Assembly (NCBI GenBank): GCA_963753835.1
Contig: CAVWDP010000003.1
Span: 89,589 to 153,588, forward strand
Reading direction: 5' to 3'
From: an uncultured Bacteroidales bacterium
GTDB lineage: Bacteria; Bacteroidota; Bacteroidia; Bacteroidales; B18-G4
Length of the DNA stretch: 64,000 bases
Made by a program: the position numbers and the translations under genes. Below the pieces are notes generated by a model. That model saw only the letters and a list, made by a program, of their open reading frames with translations. It had not been told where the DNA came from and did no database searches. Within the stretch, counting starts at the first letter, position 1; every line of letters starts with the position of its first letter. Of the stretch, positions 39,449-48,698 are shown one piece after another.

Positions 39449-41368
39449 TTATTTTATTAGCACAACCTTCTCCGTTTCCACCTGCTCTCCTGCCTGCAGC
39501 CTCAGCACGTATATTCCATTTGGCAGGTTACTTAAATTAAAATGCATTTTATGTTCTCCGGCTTGTTGTTTCCCGGCGAAAAGGGTTTTCGCCTTCACTC
39601 CATCAGAGGAATAGATCTCGAGTATCAAGTATCGAGTATCAAGTATCGAATATCGAAGGTGCACCGCACCTGAGGTAGGATTTGGATTTACTTTTAAGTT
39701 AAATGCACTTTCCTCGCCTACAATTTTCGGAATCCCCACCATTATGCATTCATCTGCACCTATATCCCAATATTGCCCCTGGGGCCTGGGAGTTCCCTCA
39801 TAGTCAATATCTGGAGCTGGATAAATTACACCAACCACTTCAAGCTCATCAATACCGGCATCCTGGCAAGGTCCTCCATTAATATGACAAAGAGAATCTC
39901 CCGGCTCCAGAAGTGGATCTTCATTAATGTTGTGTTCGCCTGTCCACACTCCACTAATTTCAGTTTCATTAATTAATGTATAATAGATTACAATTTTCTC
40001 CTCAGTTGAATTGATAATATCGGGACCGTTTGGAGCAGTATTCCCCCAAAAGATTGAATTGAATATTATCGGGGGAGTGTGAGTTCCTACAAACCTCAAG
40101 ACACCACCCTCATATGATGCAGTATTAAAAGCGAAAGTATTGTTAATAATTCCTGCACGCAGATATGTGCGCCCTGCATTATTTAGACCTTTATCAGTAT
40201 CCGGATTATATAAATTCATTACACCCCCGTATTCTGCTGAATTTCCATAAAATACATTGTTGGTTACTAAGAGATTATAGCCCCTTCTAACGAATAAACC
40301 AGCCCCAACTTTTGCCTCATTGTTTAAAAAGAAATTCCTGTCTATTATCACCCTGTTTTCCCACGAATCCATTATACTGACCGCTCCCGATGCATCTGTT
40401 GTGTTAATGGGGGAAATATTTTCAATAAACAGATTTCCGGTTATTTCAATATCAGTGGAGGAGGTTTTATATGCAATAGCAGCACCCCTGAATTGACCGC
40501 TATTCTCATCAATGTAATTATATCTAAAAATATTATTTGTAATAATCCCACCTGTCCCGATACCACATAATCCACCACCTCGGGTAGAGCTTCCTTTAAT
40601 AGAATTATTCAAGAATGTATTTCCAATGATATGAAAGGTTCCCGCTGCCATGGTCGCAAGTTCAGTTTTTACACCACCACCATCCGCCCGGCCACCGCAT
40701 TCACAATAGTTGTTCTCAAATTTATTCAAAGCAATTCTTGCATTTATCGTTGCAGCCGGAGTTGTGGCTCCAATAAAAATCCCACCCCCACCTGCCATGG
40801 TATTTGTGACTGAAATTACATTGTCTGAGATGGAATTGTTTTCTATGATAATACTGAAATCACCATTGGTTGTCATACTACTAATGCCAGCTCCAAGAGC
40901 ATAGTTGTCGTGCAAGAGTTCATTACCAGTTATATTACAACGGACGATCTTTGCACCCGCATTAAAGCAAAATATTCCACCACCCGCATGGGCATGAGTA
41001 ACATTTGACCACGTTCCCTGTCCTTTCGTTATTGTAAACCCATTAATTACAGACGTTGTGTCTTCACCGGAAATGAACATAACTGCTGATGCTGAATCTG
41101 CGTTGACGGGCTGACTACCATTGATAATCGTGTTATGGATATGATTTGTGTCGGCGTCCATAATGTACTCGCTTCCCAGGGTGATGGCTTTGCCCTTAAA
41201 TCTGATATTTTCATAATAGGTGCCTTCGGCTACCAATACAGTATCTCCATCTAGGGCAGCATCAATACCAGCCTGGATGTTTGGCTGGTCGGCCGGGACA
41301 TGAATGATCTGGGCAGATGCTATAGCTGCCATCATCAGGATGATTGTTGATAGGATAAGTTTTTTCAT
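39449..41368 (-). CDS. right-handed parallel beta-helix repeat protein with T9SS C-terminal sorting domain
   Basis: 639 aa, signal peptide, many G-x-N/I-x-N beta-helix turns. C-terminus NPNPTSGAVHLRYS..LEIYSSDG..GIYVLRL...KVVLIK is a type A sorting domain. Confidence 0.75.
   Translation of the reverse strand: MKKLILSTIILMMAAIASAQIIHVPADQPNIQAGIDAALDGDTVLVAEGTYYENIRFKGKAITLGSEYIMDADTNHIHNTIINGSQPVNADSASAVMFISGEDTTSVINGFTITKGQGTWSNVTHAHAGGGIFCFNAGAKIVRCNITGNELLHDNYALGAGISSMTTNGDFSIIIENNSISDNVISVTNTMAGGGGIFIGATTPAATINARIALNKFENNYCECGGRADGGGVKTELATMAAGTFHIIGNTFLNNSIKGSSTRGGGLCGIGTGGIITNNIFRYNYIDENSGQFRGAAIAYKTSSTDIEITGNLFIENISPINTTDASGAVSIMDSWENRVIIDRNFFLNNEAKVGAGLFVRRGYNLLVTNNVFYGNSAEYGGVMNLYNPDTDKGLNNAGRTYLRAGIINNTFAFNTASYEGGVLRFVGTHTPPIIFNSIFWGNTAPNGPDIINSTEEKIVIYYTLINETEISGVWTGEHNINEDPLLEPGDSLCHINGGPCQDAGIDELEVVGVIYPAPDIDYEGTPRPQGQYWDIGADECIMVGIPKIVGEESAFNLKVNPNPTSGAVHLRYSILDTRYLILEIYSSDGVKAKTLFAGKQQAGEHKMHFNLSNLPNGIYVLRLQAGEQVETEKVVLIK
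39618..39659. repeat. tandem 14-mer (TCGAGTATCAAGTA x2 plus a diverged third copy) inside the coding region
   Basis: Read directly. It encodes LRYSILDTRYLILEIY of the T9SS domain on the minus strand. Related to the TCGATAC array at 32890-32943. Confidence 0.85.
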
Positions 41369-41382
41369 AAGAATTCATTATA

Positions 41383-41464
41383 GGGTTCAGGGTTCAAGGT
41401 GCAGGGTGCAGGGTGCAAGAGTCAAGGATAATTTCCCTGTACCATGAACCCTGTACCGTGTACC
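41383..41464. repeat. paired arrays forming an imperfect hairpin (GGGTTCA/GGGTGCA arm vs CCCTGTA arm)
   Basis: 41387-41406 matches the reverse complement of 41435-41454 at 17/20 positions. Confidence 0.9.
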
Positions 41465-41631
41465 TATTTCACTTCACTAAAATAGCTTTATGAAAAACTT
41501 ATGATATCACCCTCGGTGCGGATCATTAGCCCGCTTGACAGGTGAGAAAGATTTAGCCAGAACAGGCGTTCCCCGGACGCCAGATTTTCTGAATAGGCCT
41601 AAAGATACAAAATCAAGACCCGCTTGTCAAA

Positions 41632-41664
41632 AAGTGTTGAGAGTTAAGTGTTGGGTTTTGATTT
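41632..41664. repeat. heptamer array (GTGTTGA-type)
   Basis: aagtgttgagagttaagtgttgggttttgattt; same family as 39323. Confidence 0.75.
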
Positions 41665-41700
41665 AAATCAGCTTGAGAGTAATAGCAAACAGTTCCCTCG

Positions 41701-41720
41701 TCCCCCGAGTACTCGGGGTC
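41701..41720. repeat. second copy of TCCCCCGAGTACTCGGGGTC
   Basis: Identical to 26680-26699. The 13-mer CCCTCGTCCCCCG (41695-41707) recurs at 45223-45235. Confidence 0.85.
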
Positions 41721-41811
41721 CTCGGCATGACAATTTATTCGAGCCAGCAGTAGTGAAAATGGCACATGTGAAATGGAAAATATCGTAATACCTTGTACTT
41801 AATATCTAATA

Positions 41812-43274
41812 CTATTTCGGGAGAACCCTAAACACCCAGGCATATTTGCACTGAGGAGAATTTTGAAACTTCTCCGGAACATGCAACACAAAGCCTTCAC
41901 CATTCTTCTCCCAGTCAGCCATATCAACAAAACCATCCACGCTCAAAGGTAATATCTCTGAGCCCTCCCGGGGTGACCAGGAAGTCATGCTGATGACAGG
42001 GGGCGGAGCATCTTCACCTTCCTGCCCAAGGTAAATGATATAGGTGCTGCCATCCTTACCCTCGGTCAGACACACATTACCTTCTTTAAAGGGTGCAACA
42101 GGCCGGGTATTGTAGATGGCCTCGTCGTTTACTTTCATCCAGTCACCGATATCCGCAAGCAGATCATAAGCTTCATCATGCCAGGTGCCATCAGGACCGG
42201 GTGCAATGTTGAAAAGGAGGTTTCCTCCTTTGGAAACGATATCAACCAGCAAATGTATCGCTTCCCGTCCTGATTTATATTTTGCATTGGGTACCCACGA
42301 CCATCCGCCACCGGCGATAATGCAGGATTCCCAGGGATAGGGAAGCATCTTTTCCGGCACTCTGTTTTCCGGGGTGAGATAGTTTTGATTGGGACCGGGA
42401 ACAGCGCGGTCGACAACGATCAGGCCGGGTTGTTTTTCACGTGCTTTCTCTTTGAGCTCACCCATTCGGATATCCTGGTTCTGATAATGGATGAATTTAT
42501 ATCCGGGCTTGTTTACACGCTCGCGGATCTCTTCTTCGCTCATCGGAGCCACCCAGCCGCCATCGAGCCAGAGGATATCCATATTGCCATAGTCGGTCAT
42601 TAATTCCATGATCTGATTATGGGTGAACTGTACATAATCTTCCCAGCGATCAGGATACTTTTCAATATCATAGTTCACATTCCGGTCGGGCGTGGCAAAA
42701 TTGGGCCACCAGTAGTCCTCACTATGCCAGTCGGGTTTTGAGAAATAGGCTCCCGTCCACATGCCTTCATCACGGAAAGCATCGAAGATCTCCAGTGCAA
42801 CATTTGCCTTCGGATTGGTGATGAAAGGGACATTCCGGATCGGTGATCTTATAATCGGTGTATTTGGTATCGAACATGCAGAATCCATCATGGTGTTTGG
42901 TGGTGAATACCACATATCGCATCCCGGCATCTTTGGCTGCTTCTGCCCATTTTTCAGGATTGAAATTGACGGGGTTGAAGGTGGTTTTCAGGTTTTCATA
43001 TTCCTTTTTATATTCGGTGTAATTATCGGATTTACGCCTGCACCATCCTTCATCTTCGGCGCATATCGACCAGGATTCCACAATGCCCCACTGGCTGTAG
43101 GCTCCCCAGTGCATGAGCAGGCCAAATTTCATGTCCTGCCACTGATCGAGTTTTTCAAGTACCAGCAGGATCGGTTTCGGGATAATATTTCTGCTCGCCG
43201 TGCTGAGCAGAAAGAGGGAAAAAGGTAAACGGCAAAAGGCAAAAGGCTATCAGGAAAAAGACAAAATGTTTCAT
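41812..43274 (-). pseudogene. GH29 alpha-L-fucosidase, two frameshifts as sequenced
   Basis: Signal peptide frame (ATG 43274, stop 43155), then ORF 42770..43132 (KFGLLMHWGAYSQWG, TTKHHDGFCMFDT), then ORF 41812..42930. Junctions are near 43166 (..ETDP/LVLEKLDQWQDMKFG) and 42836 (..YKITDP/NVPFITNPKANVALEIF). Confidence 0.85.
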
Positions 43275-43288
43275 AATTTGAAATTATT

Positions 43289-44584
43289 TTACTTGTATAA
43301 ATCTATTTCTCCGTCCAAGAAAATTGATATTACGGTTACCTGTGGATCAAGCACCTCCTCCGGCACATCGATATATACGATGCCGGGTGTAGAACTCCAG
43401 TACTGTTTCATTTTGATGTCGTAATTCAGTTTGGTGCCATTGCCCACTACCCAGATGCGGTTGACCTTGTTTTTCAAGCCCTTTCAGCATGATTGGCCCA
43501 TTGGGTTTGCCGTCGAGAAACAGATAAAGCGTTTTCTTGTCGGCCGAAAGGGCTGTTGGCCCATAAAAATATTGGCGGTGATATGCCGGCCTTAGTTCCA
43601 TAAATGGCTTCGGCATGCTTGTTGGTCCAGCGGCCGAGTTCCTTCAAAATTTTTACCTGTTCATCGGGAATGGTGCCATCCGCTTTTGGCCCGATATCAA
43701 GTAAAAGATTTCCGCCCATGCTGATGCAATCCACAAAAATCCTGATAAGCTGGTTAGGGCTTTTATAGTTTTTGTCGTTATGCTGATAACCCCAGGAATC
43801 ATTCATGGTCATGCACAGCTCCCAGTATTCCTCATCAGGGCTTACAATCGGTAAACCCTGTTCGGGAGTGGCATAATCGCCATATCCCTGCAGCCGTGGA
43901 GTTGATGATGGCATCCGGGTTTTTGGCTAAAATGGTTTCCCTGATCAGTGGTGCCTGCCATTTTTCGGCACTTTGCTCCCAGTCGCCATCAAACCACCAG
44001 AGATCGGGCTTGTAGCTATCGAGAAGCTCATTCAGCTGGCAGAAATTAAATTCCACGAACTTATCCCAACGCAGGGAGTCATCTTCATAGCGCTTTTCTT
44101 TGCGTGTGAGATTCGGATAATCGGGATGTGACCAGTCGAGCAAAGAAAAATAAAGTCCGGTCTTCAGGTCATGATCCCGCAGGGCTTTCATGAATGGTTT
44201 GACAAGATCCTTTTTAAAATGGAGATCACCACATTTTGTAGGCCACAGGGCGACCCCATCATGATGTTTCGAGGTGAGCACTGCATACTTTGCTCCGCTT
44301 TCTTTGATCAAAGAAGCCCAATATTCAGGGTCATAGTTTTTCGCGTTGAACCCATCCATTTGTTTCATATAATCATCATGGGAGATATAGCCATTGAAGA
44401 AGGACCAGGACTCATCGATCCCGTTCACTGCATAGATACCCCAGTGGATGAATATACCGAGCTTAGCTTCTGAAAACCACTGCATCCTTGCGGCCTTATC
44501 TTCAGGGGATTCTTGCGCCTGAATATATTTACCCGATAGCAGCATCAGGAAAACGATCATTGAGATCAATAAAGTTCTTTTCAT
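43289..44584 (-). pseudogene. GH29 alpha-L-fucosidase paralog, three frameshifts as sequenced
   Basis: Four colinear fragments (43835..44602, 43474..43914, 43347..43616, 43289..43477). Motifs: KLGIFIHWGIYAV, TSKHHDGVALWPT. Junctions are near 43897, about 43585, and the T5 run at 43470-43474. Confidence 0.85.
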
Positions 44585-44591
44585 AATTGGA

Positions 44592-45116
44592 TCATTCTTC
44601 AATGTCTACTCCAAGTTCTTTCAGTATCCGGAAGGTCAGGTTGGCAGTTTCTGGCCCCTTCAAGACAATAGAATTGCCGGTACCATCTGCACTATTGAAG
44701 ATGAAATCATAGTTTTCTTCCTCGTATACTTTATTAATGGCCGTGATGATCTTTGCTGTTATGGGTTCCAGTTTTTGGACCGACATGGAAGCCATCTTGG
44801 TGTCGGCATTGCTTGCATCGATCTGTATCTCCTGTTCCAGCGCAACAATCTGTTCGCGCATGGTGGAAAGCAGGCTTTCGGAAAACCCGGATTTCTCCTT
44901 TTCATAATAGTCCTCAAGCATCGATTGATAATATTGCTGCTTGGCAAGGATCTGATCGTTGAGCACCTTCCTGTAATCCTCTATTTCCCGATTCATCTGC
45001 TGAGCCTCGGGGAGATTTTTGAGAATAAACTCCAGGTTGGCATAGCCGATTTTTACCTGGCTGAAAGCAGAGACTGTGAAGAGGAACAATGCGAAAAATA
45101 AAATGTATTTCTTCAT
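44592..45116 (-). CDS. OmpH/Skp-family periplasmic chaperone
   Basis: 174 aa; signal peptide; coiled-coil OmpH pattern (KIGYANLEFILKNLPEAQQ..). Confidence 0.85.
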   Translation of the reverse strand: MKKYILFFALFLFTVSAFSQVKIGYANLEFILKNLPEAQQMNREIEDYRKVLNDQILAKQQYYQSMLEDYYEKEKSGFSESLLSTMREQIVALEQEIQIDASNADTKMASMSVQKLEPITAKIITAINKVYEEENYDFIFNSADGTGNSIVLKGPETANLTFRILKELGVDIEE

Positions 45117-45132
45117 GATCGTGGATTTGTTT

Positions 45133-45140
45133 CAAAGATA
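45133..45140 (-). promoter_or_regulatory. -7 box TATCTTTG (minus strand) for ompH
   Basis: Plus-strand CAAAGATA lies 17 nt upstream of the start at 45116. Confidence 0.5.
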
Positions 45141-45147
45141 GAAAATT

Positions 45148-45190
45148 GGTTGAATTAGTTGAACTGGTTGAACTGGTTGAATTGGTTAAG
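45148..45190. repeat. octamer/nonamer array (GGTTGAAY-type x5)
   Basis: ggttgaattagttgaactggttgaactggttgaattggttaag. Same family and orientation as 26566-26646. Confidence 0.9.
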
Positions 45191-45466
45191 TCTGTTTACA
45201 GCTGTTTGGAATATTCCCCCGTCCCTCGTCCCCCGTACCTAGTCCCTGAAATATTGTCCGACAACGATCAATAAATGTTCGCGTAGTTACAATTCTATAC
45301 TGGCATGAGTGCTCATAAATTACCATAACTAGCTCTTAGGCAGGACAATATGATTTGTGGCACAGTTTTTATACTTATATAGGAAGTAGGCTTGGGAAGC
45401 CTGGGATAAAAAAAATATTTAAAATACATCCTGTAAATTTTCTCAGGTTGTTAATCAGGGTTATCA

Positions 45467-45498
45467 GGGGTCGGGTCGTTACCGGCCCCTTTTATTTT
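45467..45498 (+). terminator. orphan plus-strand intrinsic terminator-like hairpin
   Basis: ggggtcgg-gtcgtta-ccggcccc (8 bp, one G-U) followed by TTTTATTTT. No plus-strand gene lies upstream. Confidence 0.55.
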
Positions 45499-45502
45499 GC
45501 TT

Positions 45503-45784
45503 ATGAAAAAGACCGATAAAGGAAAGCGAATACCGGTGGGGGCAGGATATGTCCTGGGTTTTGTTTTTGGTCTGGCGATCATGATCACCTTTACTGTTGG
45601 CATGGGGGCAACCTTCTTCGGCATCATGCTGGGCCTGTCGTTTAGCCTGAGTATCGGGATTGCCTTTGAATGTGCATTTGCTGGCGACAAAAAAATACCG
45701 TTATTTCAGAAAGTTCTTTTATCATTGTCGGTTTTGCTGTTGCTTCTTTCGGTAGTTTCTTTGTTGCTTTGGGATGGGGTATAG
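45503..45784 (+). CDS. hypothetical small membrane protein (doubtful)
   Basis: 93 aa from the ATG; 2-3 hydrophobic helices; I recognise no family. It starts 5 nt after a terminator-like hairpin. Confidence 0.3.
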   Translation: MKKTDKGKRIPVGAGYVLGFVFGLAIMITFTVGMGATFFGIMLGLSFSLSIGIAFECAFAGDKKIPLFQKVLLSLSVLLLLLSVVSLLLWDGV

Positions 45785-45822
45785 CTATCCTTTATATCTT
45801 CCCACAAAGTAGGGTTAACATT

Positions 45823-47442
45823 TCATTCAATTTCTTTTCTATCATACAAGCAGCATCCTGGGAGTTCACTGTAAACATCATCCGGTGCGGAATGGTTCTC
45901 CGTGTCGTGTCCAACAGCCGCAATTGCTTTCTCCACATCCATTTTGCTCACCGTCTCAGGATCATATTCTAGACGCAACATTTTAGACTCAGAATCCCAG
46001 GATGCTTTATTAACCCCTTCAGGGAATTGGCAGCCTCCTCAATACGATCCTTACACATGCTGCAATTGCCGTAAACTTTAATCATGACATGTTCAGCAAC
46101 ACTTTCTGATTGATTCGTATTCTCCTCCTGCATTTCCATTTGTCCATGGTCATGGCCAGTAGATATTTTCCCACCATCGGGATTCATCATGCTTGGTTTT
46201 CCCGCTAATTGTGCTGCTGCATCAATCTTAAATACACCATTCATTGCAATCACTTCCCCTTCTTCCAAACCTGACGAAACAACATAAAAGTTACCAGCTT
46301 CAGGGCCAAGTATAATTTCACGATAAAGGAATGAATGAATTTCACGAGAAGGAATTTTAACATACACAACAGCCCGTTTCCCTGTCCATAATATTGATGA
46401 TTTGGGAATAAGGAGTTGATCTGAGTTATCAGCAATAGATGATTCGAGAATCCCATTAGTAAACATTTCAGGTTTGAGTTGCATGCCGGGGTTTTTAACT
46501 TCAACCCTTACCTGAGCAACTCTTGTAGCAGGGTCAATAAAAGGATCAATATAGCTAACGTTTGATGTAAAAGTTTTTCCCGGTAATGATTGCAATGAAA
46601 AAGTTACAGGATCTCCCTCTTTTATCCAGGGTAGATCACTTTCATATGCATCAAACATAACCCAGACCTTTGAAAAGATCTATGACCTCCAGGAGAGCCG
46701 ATCCTTCATTCACATAATCCCCGACAGTAATATGACGCTTTGTTACTGTACCACTTATTGGGGACAGAATATCAAAATATAGCAAGGGCTCACCATTTTC
46801 TTCAATATCATTGATCTGAGCATCTGTCAATTCCCAGAGTTTAAGTTTACTGCGAGAAGCTTTATAAAATGATGGATTTGTTTCTTTATACTTAATTGCT
46901 TCTAGCAACTCTTTTTGGGCAGTGATGAGATCGGGTGAGTATATAGTTCCCAATTTTTGTCCTTTCCCTACATGCTGTCCTGTGTAATTCACAAATAACT
47001 TTTCTATCCTTCCGCCAAATCGTGCTGTAAGTTCTGCAATGTTACGTTCATCCGGTTTCACCTTTCCAAGAAGATGAATTGATTTTTCTGGGATTCCCCT
47101 TTCAACAATTACAGTTTGAACATTAGCAAGTTCAATGGCTGATGCTGTCATCTGGATTTCATCCGGATCAACGTTTTCGCCTTCAGCTGACACTGTGTTC
47201 AGAGGGACCAGGTCCATTGCGCAAATAGGACATAGCCCTGGTTCATTTTGCTTAATCTGGGGGTGCATTGAGCAAGTATAAATTGTTGACTCATTGCTAT
47301 CCACAACTTCATGATCATGTTCGTCATTTTTTACTTCAGTGCTACTAAAGAATAATCCTCCGATGATAATCCCGAGAATTAGCGTAATCACTACAATAAG
47401 GATTTGTTTTCCTTTTATTGATTTTATTTTGTGTGTTTTCAT
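45823..47442 (-). pseudogene. RND efflux periplasmic adaptor (CusB-like) with N-terminal HMBD motif and C-terminal HMA-like domain; two frameshifts as sequenced
   Basis: ORFs 46651..47442 and 45969..46658 plus an untracked tail to the stop at 45823-45825. YTCSMHPQI..PGLCPICAMDL metal-binding motif. Junction 1 is at the A4 run 46673-46676 (..VIDLSKVWVMFDAYESDL). Junction 2 is at the C4 run 46014-46017 and restores ..VYGNCSMCKDRIEEAANSLKGVNKASWDSESKMLRLEYDPETV..GHDTENH..LPGCCLYDRKEIE. Confidence 0.85.
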
Positions 47443-47452
47443 CTTATATTTT

Positions 47453-48697
47453 TTATTGACCTATTAGGTAATTGATAAATGCAATTGATGCTTGCTTGTC
47501 ACTAAACGCCCTTTCCAATTCAAGGGAGTATTTAAGTAATCGCCTTTCCATGCGTAGTATTTCTTCAAAGTTTGTTCCATTGGTAGCATATTCTGACTCA
47601 AGAATATTTATGGCCTTTTGAGCGAATTCTTTCTGTTTAAGGAACAGGCTAATTCTTCTCTGTCCATCGATATATTCATAATAGGTCCTTTCAAATAACA
47701 CCTCTAATGAATTTACTTTCTCTTCTTTATCAGAGATAGTTGCATCCTGCATATGAATAGCTTCGTTCACCATTGCTGTGTATTTCTTTCGGTACAGTGG
47801 AATAGTAATTCCGATCTTGGGGAATAGAATGGCATCCCGTCCATTATTGCTCTGATCAAGCATATCGTCATCTGTTTTTCCAGTTACGATATAATCAATA
47901 CCTATTGACATGGATGGGAGTCCGTTTTTTCGAGCTAAGCGTTCATTCTCTTTATATGATGATACCAGAAAATCAAACTTTAAGATCTGATGATTATTTA
48001 ATCGAAGGCTGTCCAGAACATCCTGTCGTGAATAAGGCAAATCATCATCCCATAGGGAAACAGGTATGATCACTTCACTTCCTTCTTCTATATGAAGCAG
48101 ATTGTTAAATTTCACCATGCCAATATTCCATTTGTCCTTTAGCAAAGCAAGATCATTCTCCAGATCTGCCAATTCCATTTCAATCCTAATTTCATCCACG
48201 GCAGATGCATTCCCAGCTTCAATTTTTATCAATGCAAGACTTCTAAAGCTTTCAAGGATCCGGATATTGTTAAGTGTGATATCTATTCCTTTTTGAATGA
48301 AGTAAAGGTCATAGTATGTAGCTTTTACTTCAAAAAACAGATTGGATTTGAAATCTTCGAATGATTCATATTTGGCCTTAGCTCTATTTATTGCGACTTC
48401 TTCCCTGGCGTTTAATGTTCCAAACCAGGGAAACATCTGTGTTAAAGAAAATTTCGCTCGCTGAGGACCATTTCTGGTTTCAACGGGTTGAATAAAATAA
48501 CCAAAAGCGAACTGGGGATCTGGTAAGGAACCAACCTGTGGCACTACTTCAAGGGAAGCCATATATTCACTAAACTTTGCCTTCAGCCCGGGATTGTTAT
48601 TGGCTGCTGTTTTAAGGTAAGTTGATAAAATATCCTGAGCAGAGAGCCCTCCGCTTATCATAAATATAATTGCAATTATTGTGATTCTTAATCTCAT
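47453..48697 (-). CDS. TolC-family outer membrane efflux protein
   Basis: 414 aa; signal peptide; two-repeat alpha/beta TolC layout. It sits between the pump and adaptor genes. Confidence 0.8.
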   Translation of the reverse strand: MRLRITIIAIIFMISGGLSAQDILSTYLKTAANNNPGLKAKFSEYMASLEVVPQVGSLPDPQFAFGYFIQPVETRNGPQRAKFSLTQMFPWFGTLNAREEVAINRAKAKYESFEDFKSNLFFEVKATYYDLYFIQKGIDITLNNIRILESFRSLALIKIEAGNASAVDEIRIEMELADLENDLALLKDKWNIGMVKFNNLLHIEEGSEVIIPVSLWDDDLPYSRQDVLDSLRLNNHQILKFDFLVSSYKENERLARKNGLPSMSIGIDYIVTGKTDDDMLDQSNNGRDAILFPKIGITIPLYRKKYTAMVNEAIHMQDATISDKEEKVNSLEVLFERTYYEYIDGQRRISLFLKQKEFAQKAINILESEYATNGTNFEEILRMERRLLKYSLELERAFSDKQASIAFINYLIGQ

Positions 48698-48698
48698 C

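Noticed and set aside
39349-39614. Two plus-strand ORFs (63 and 86 aa) containing HKGTQR-like peptides.
   Set aside because: They cover the CACAAAG repeat spacer and the antisense of the T9SS domain. Such peptides are typical of translated repeat DNA.
42761-43228. 155-aa plus-strand ORF.
   Set aside because: It is antisense to the GH29 fragments, and the minus-strand fragments carry the family motifs.
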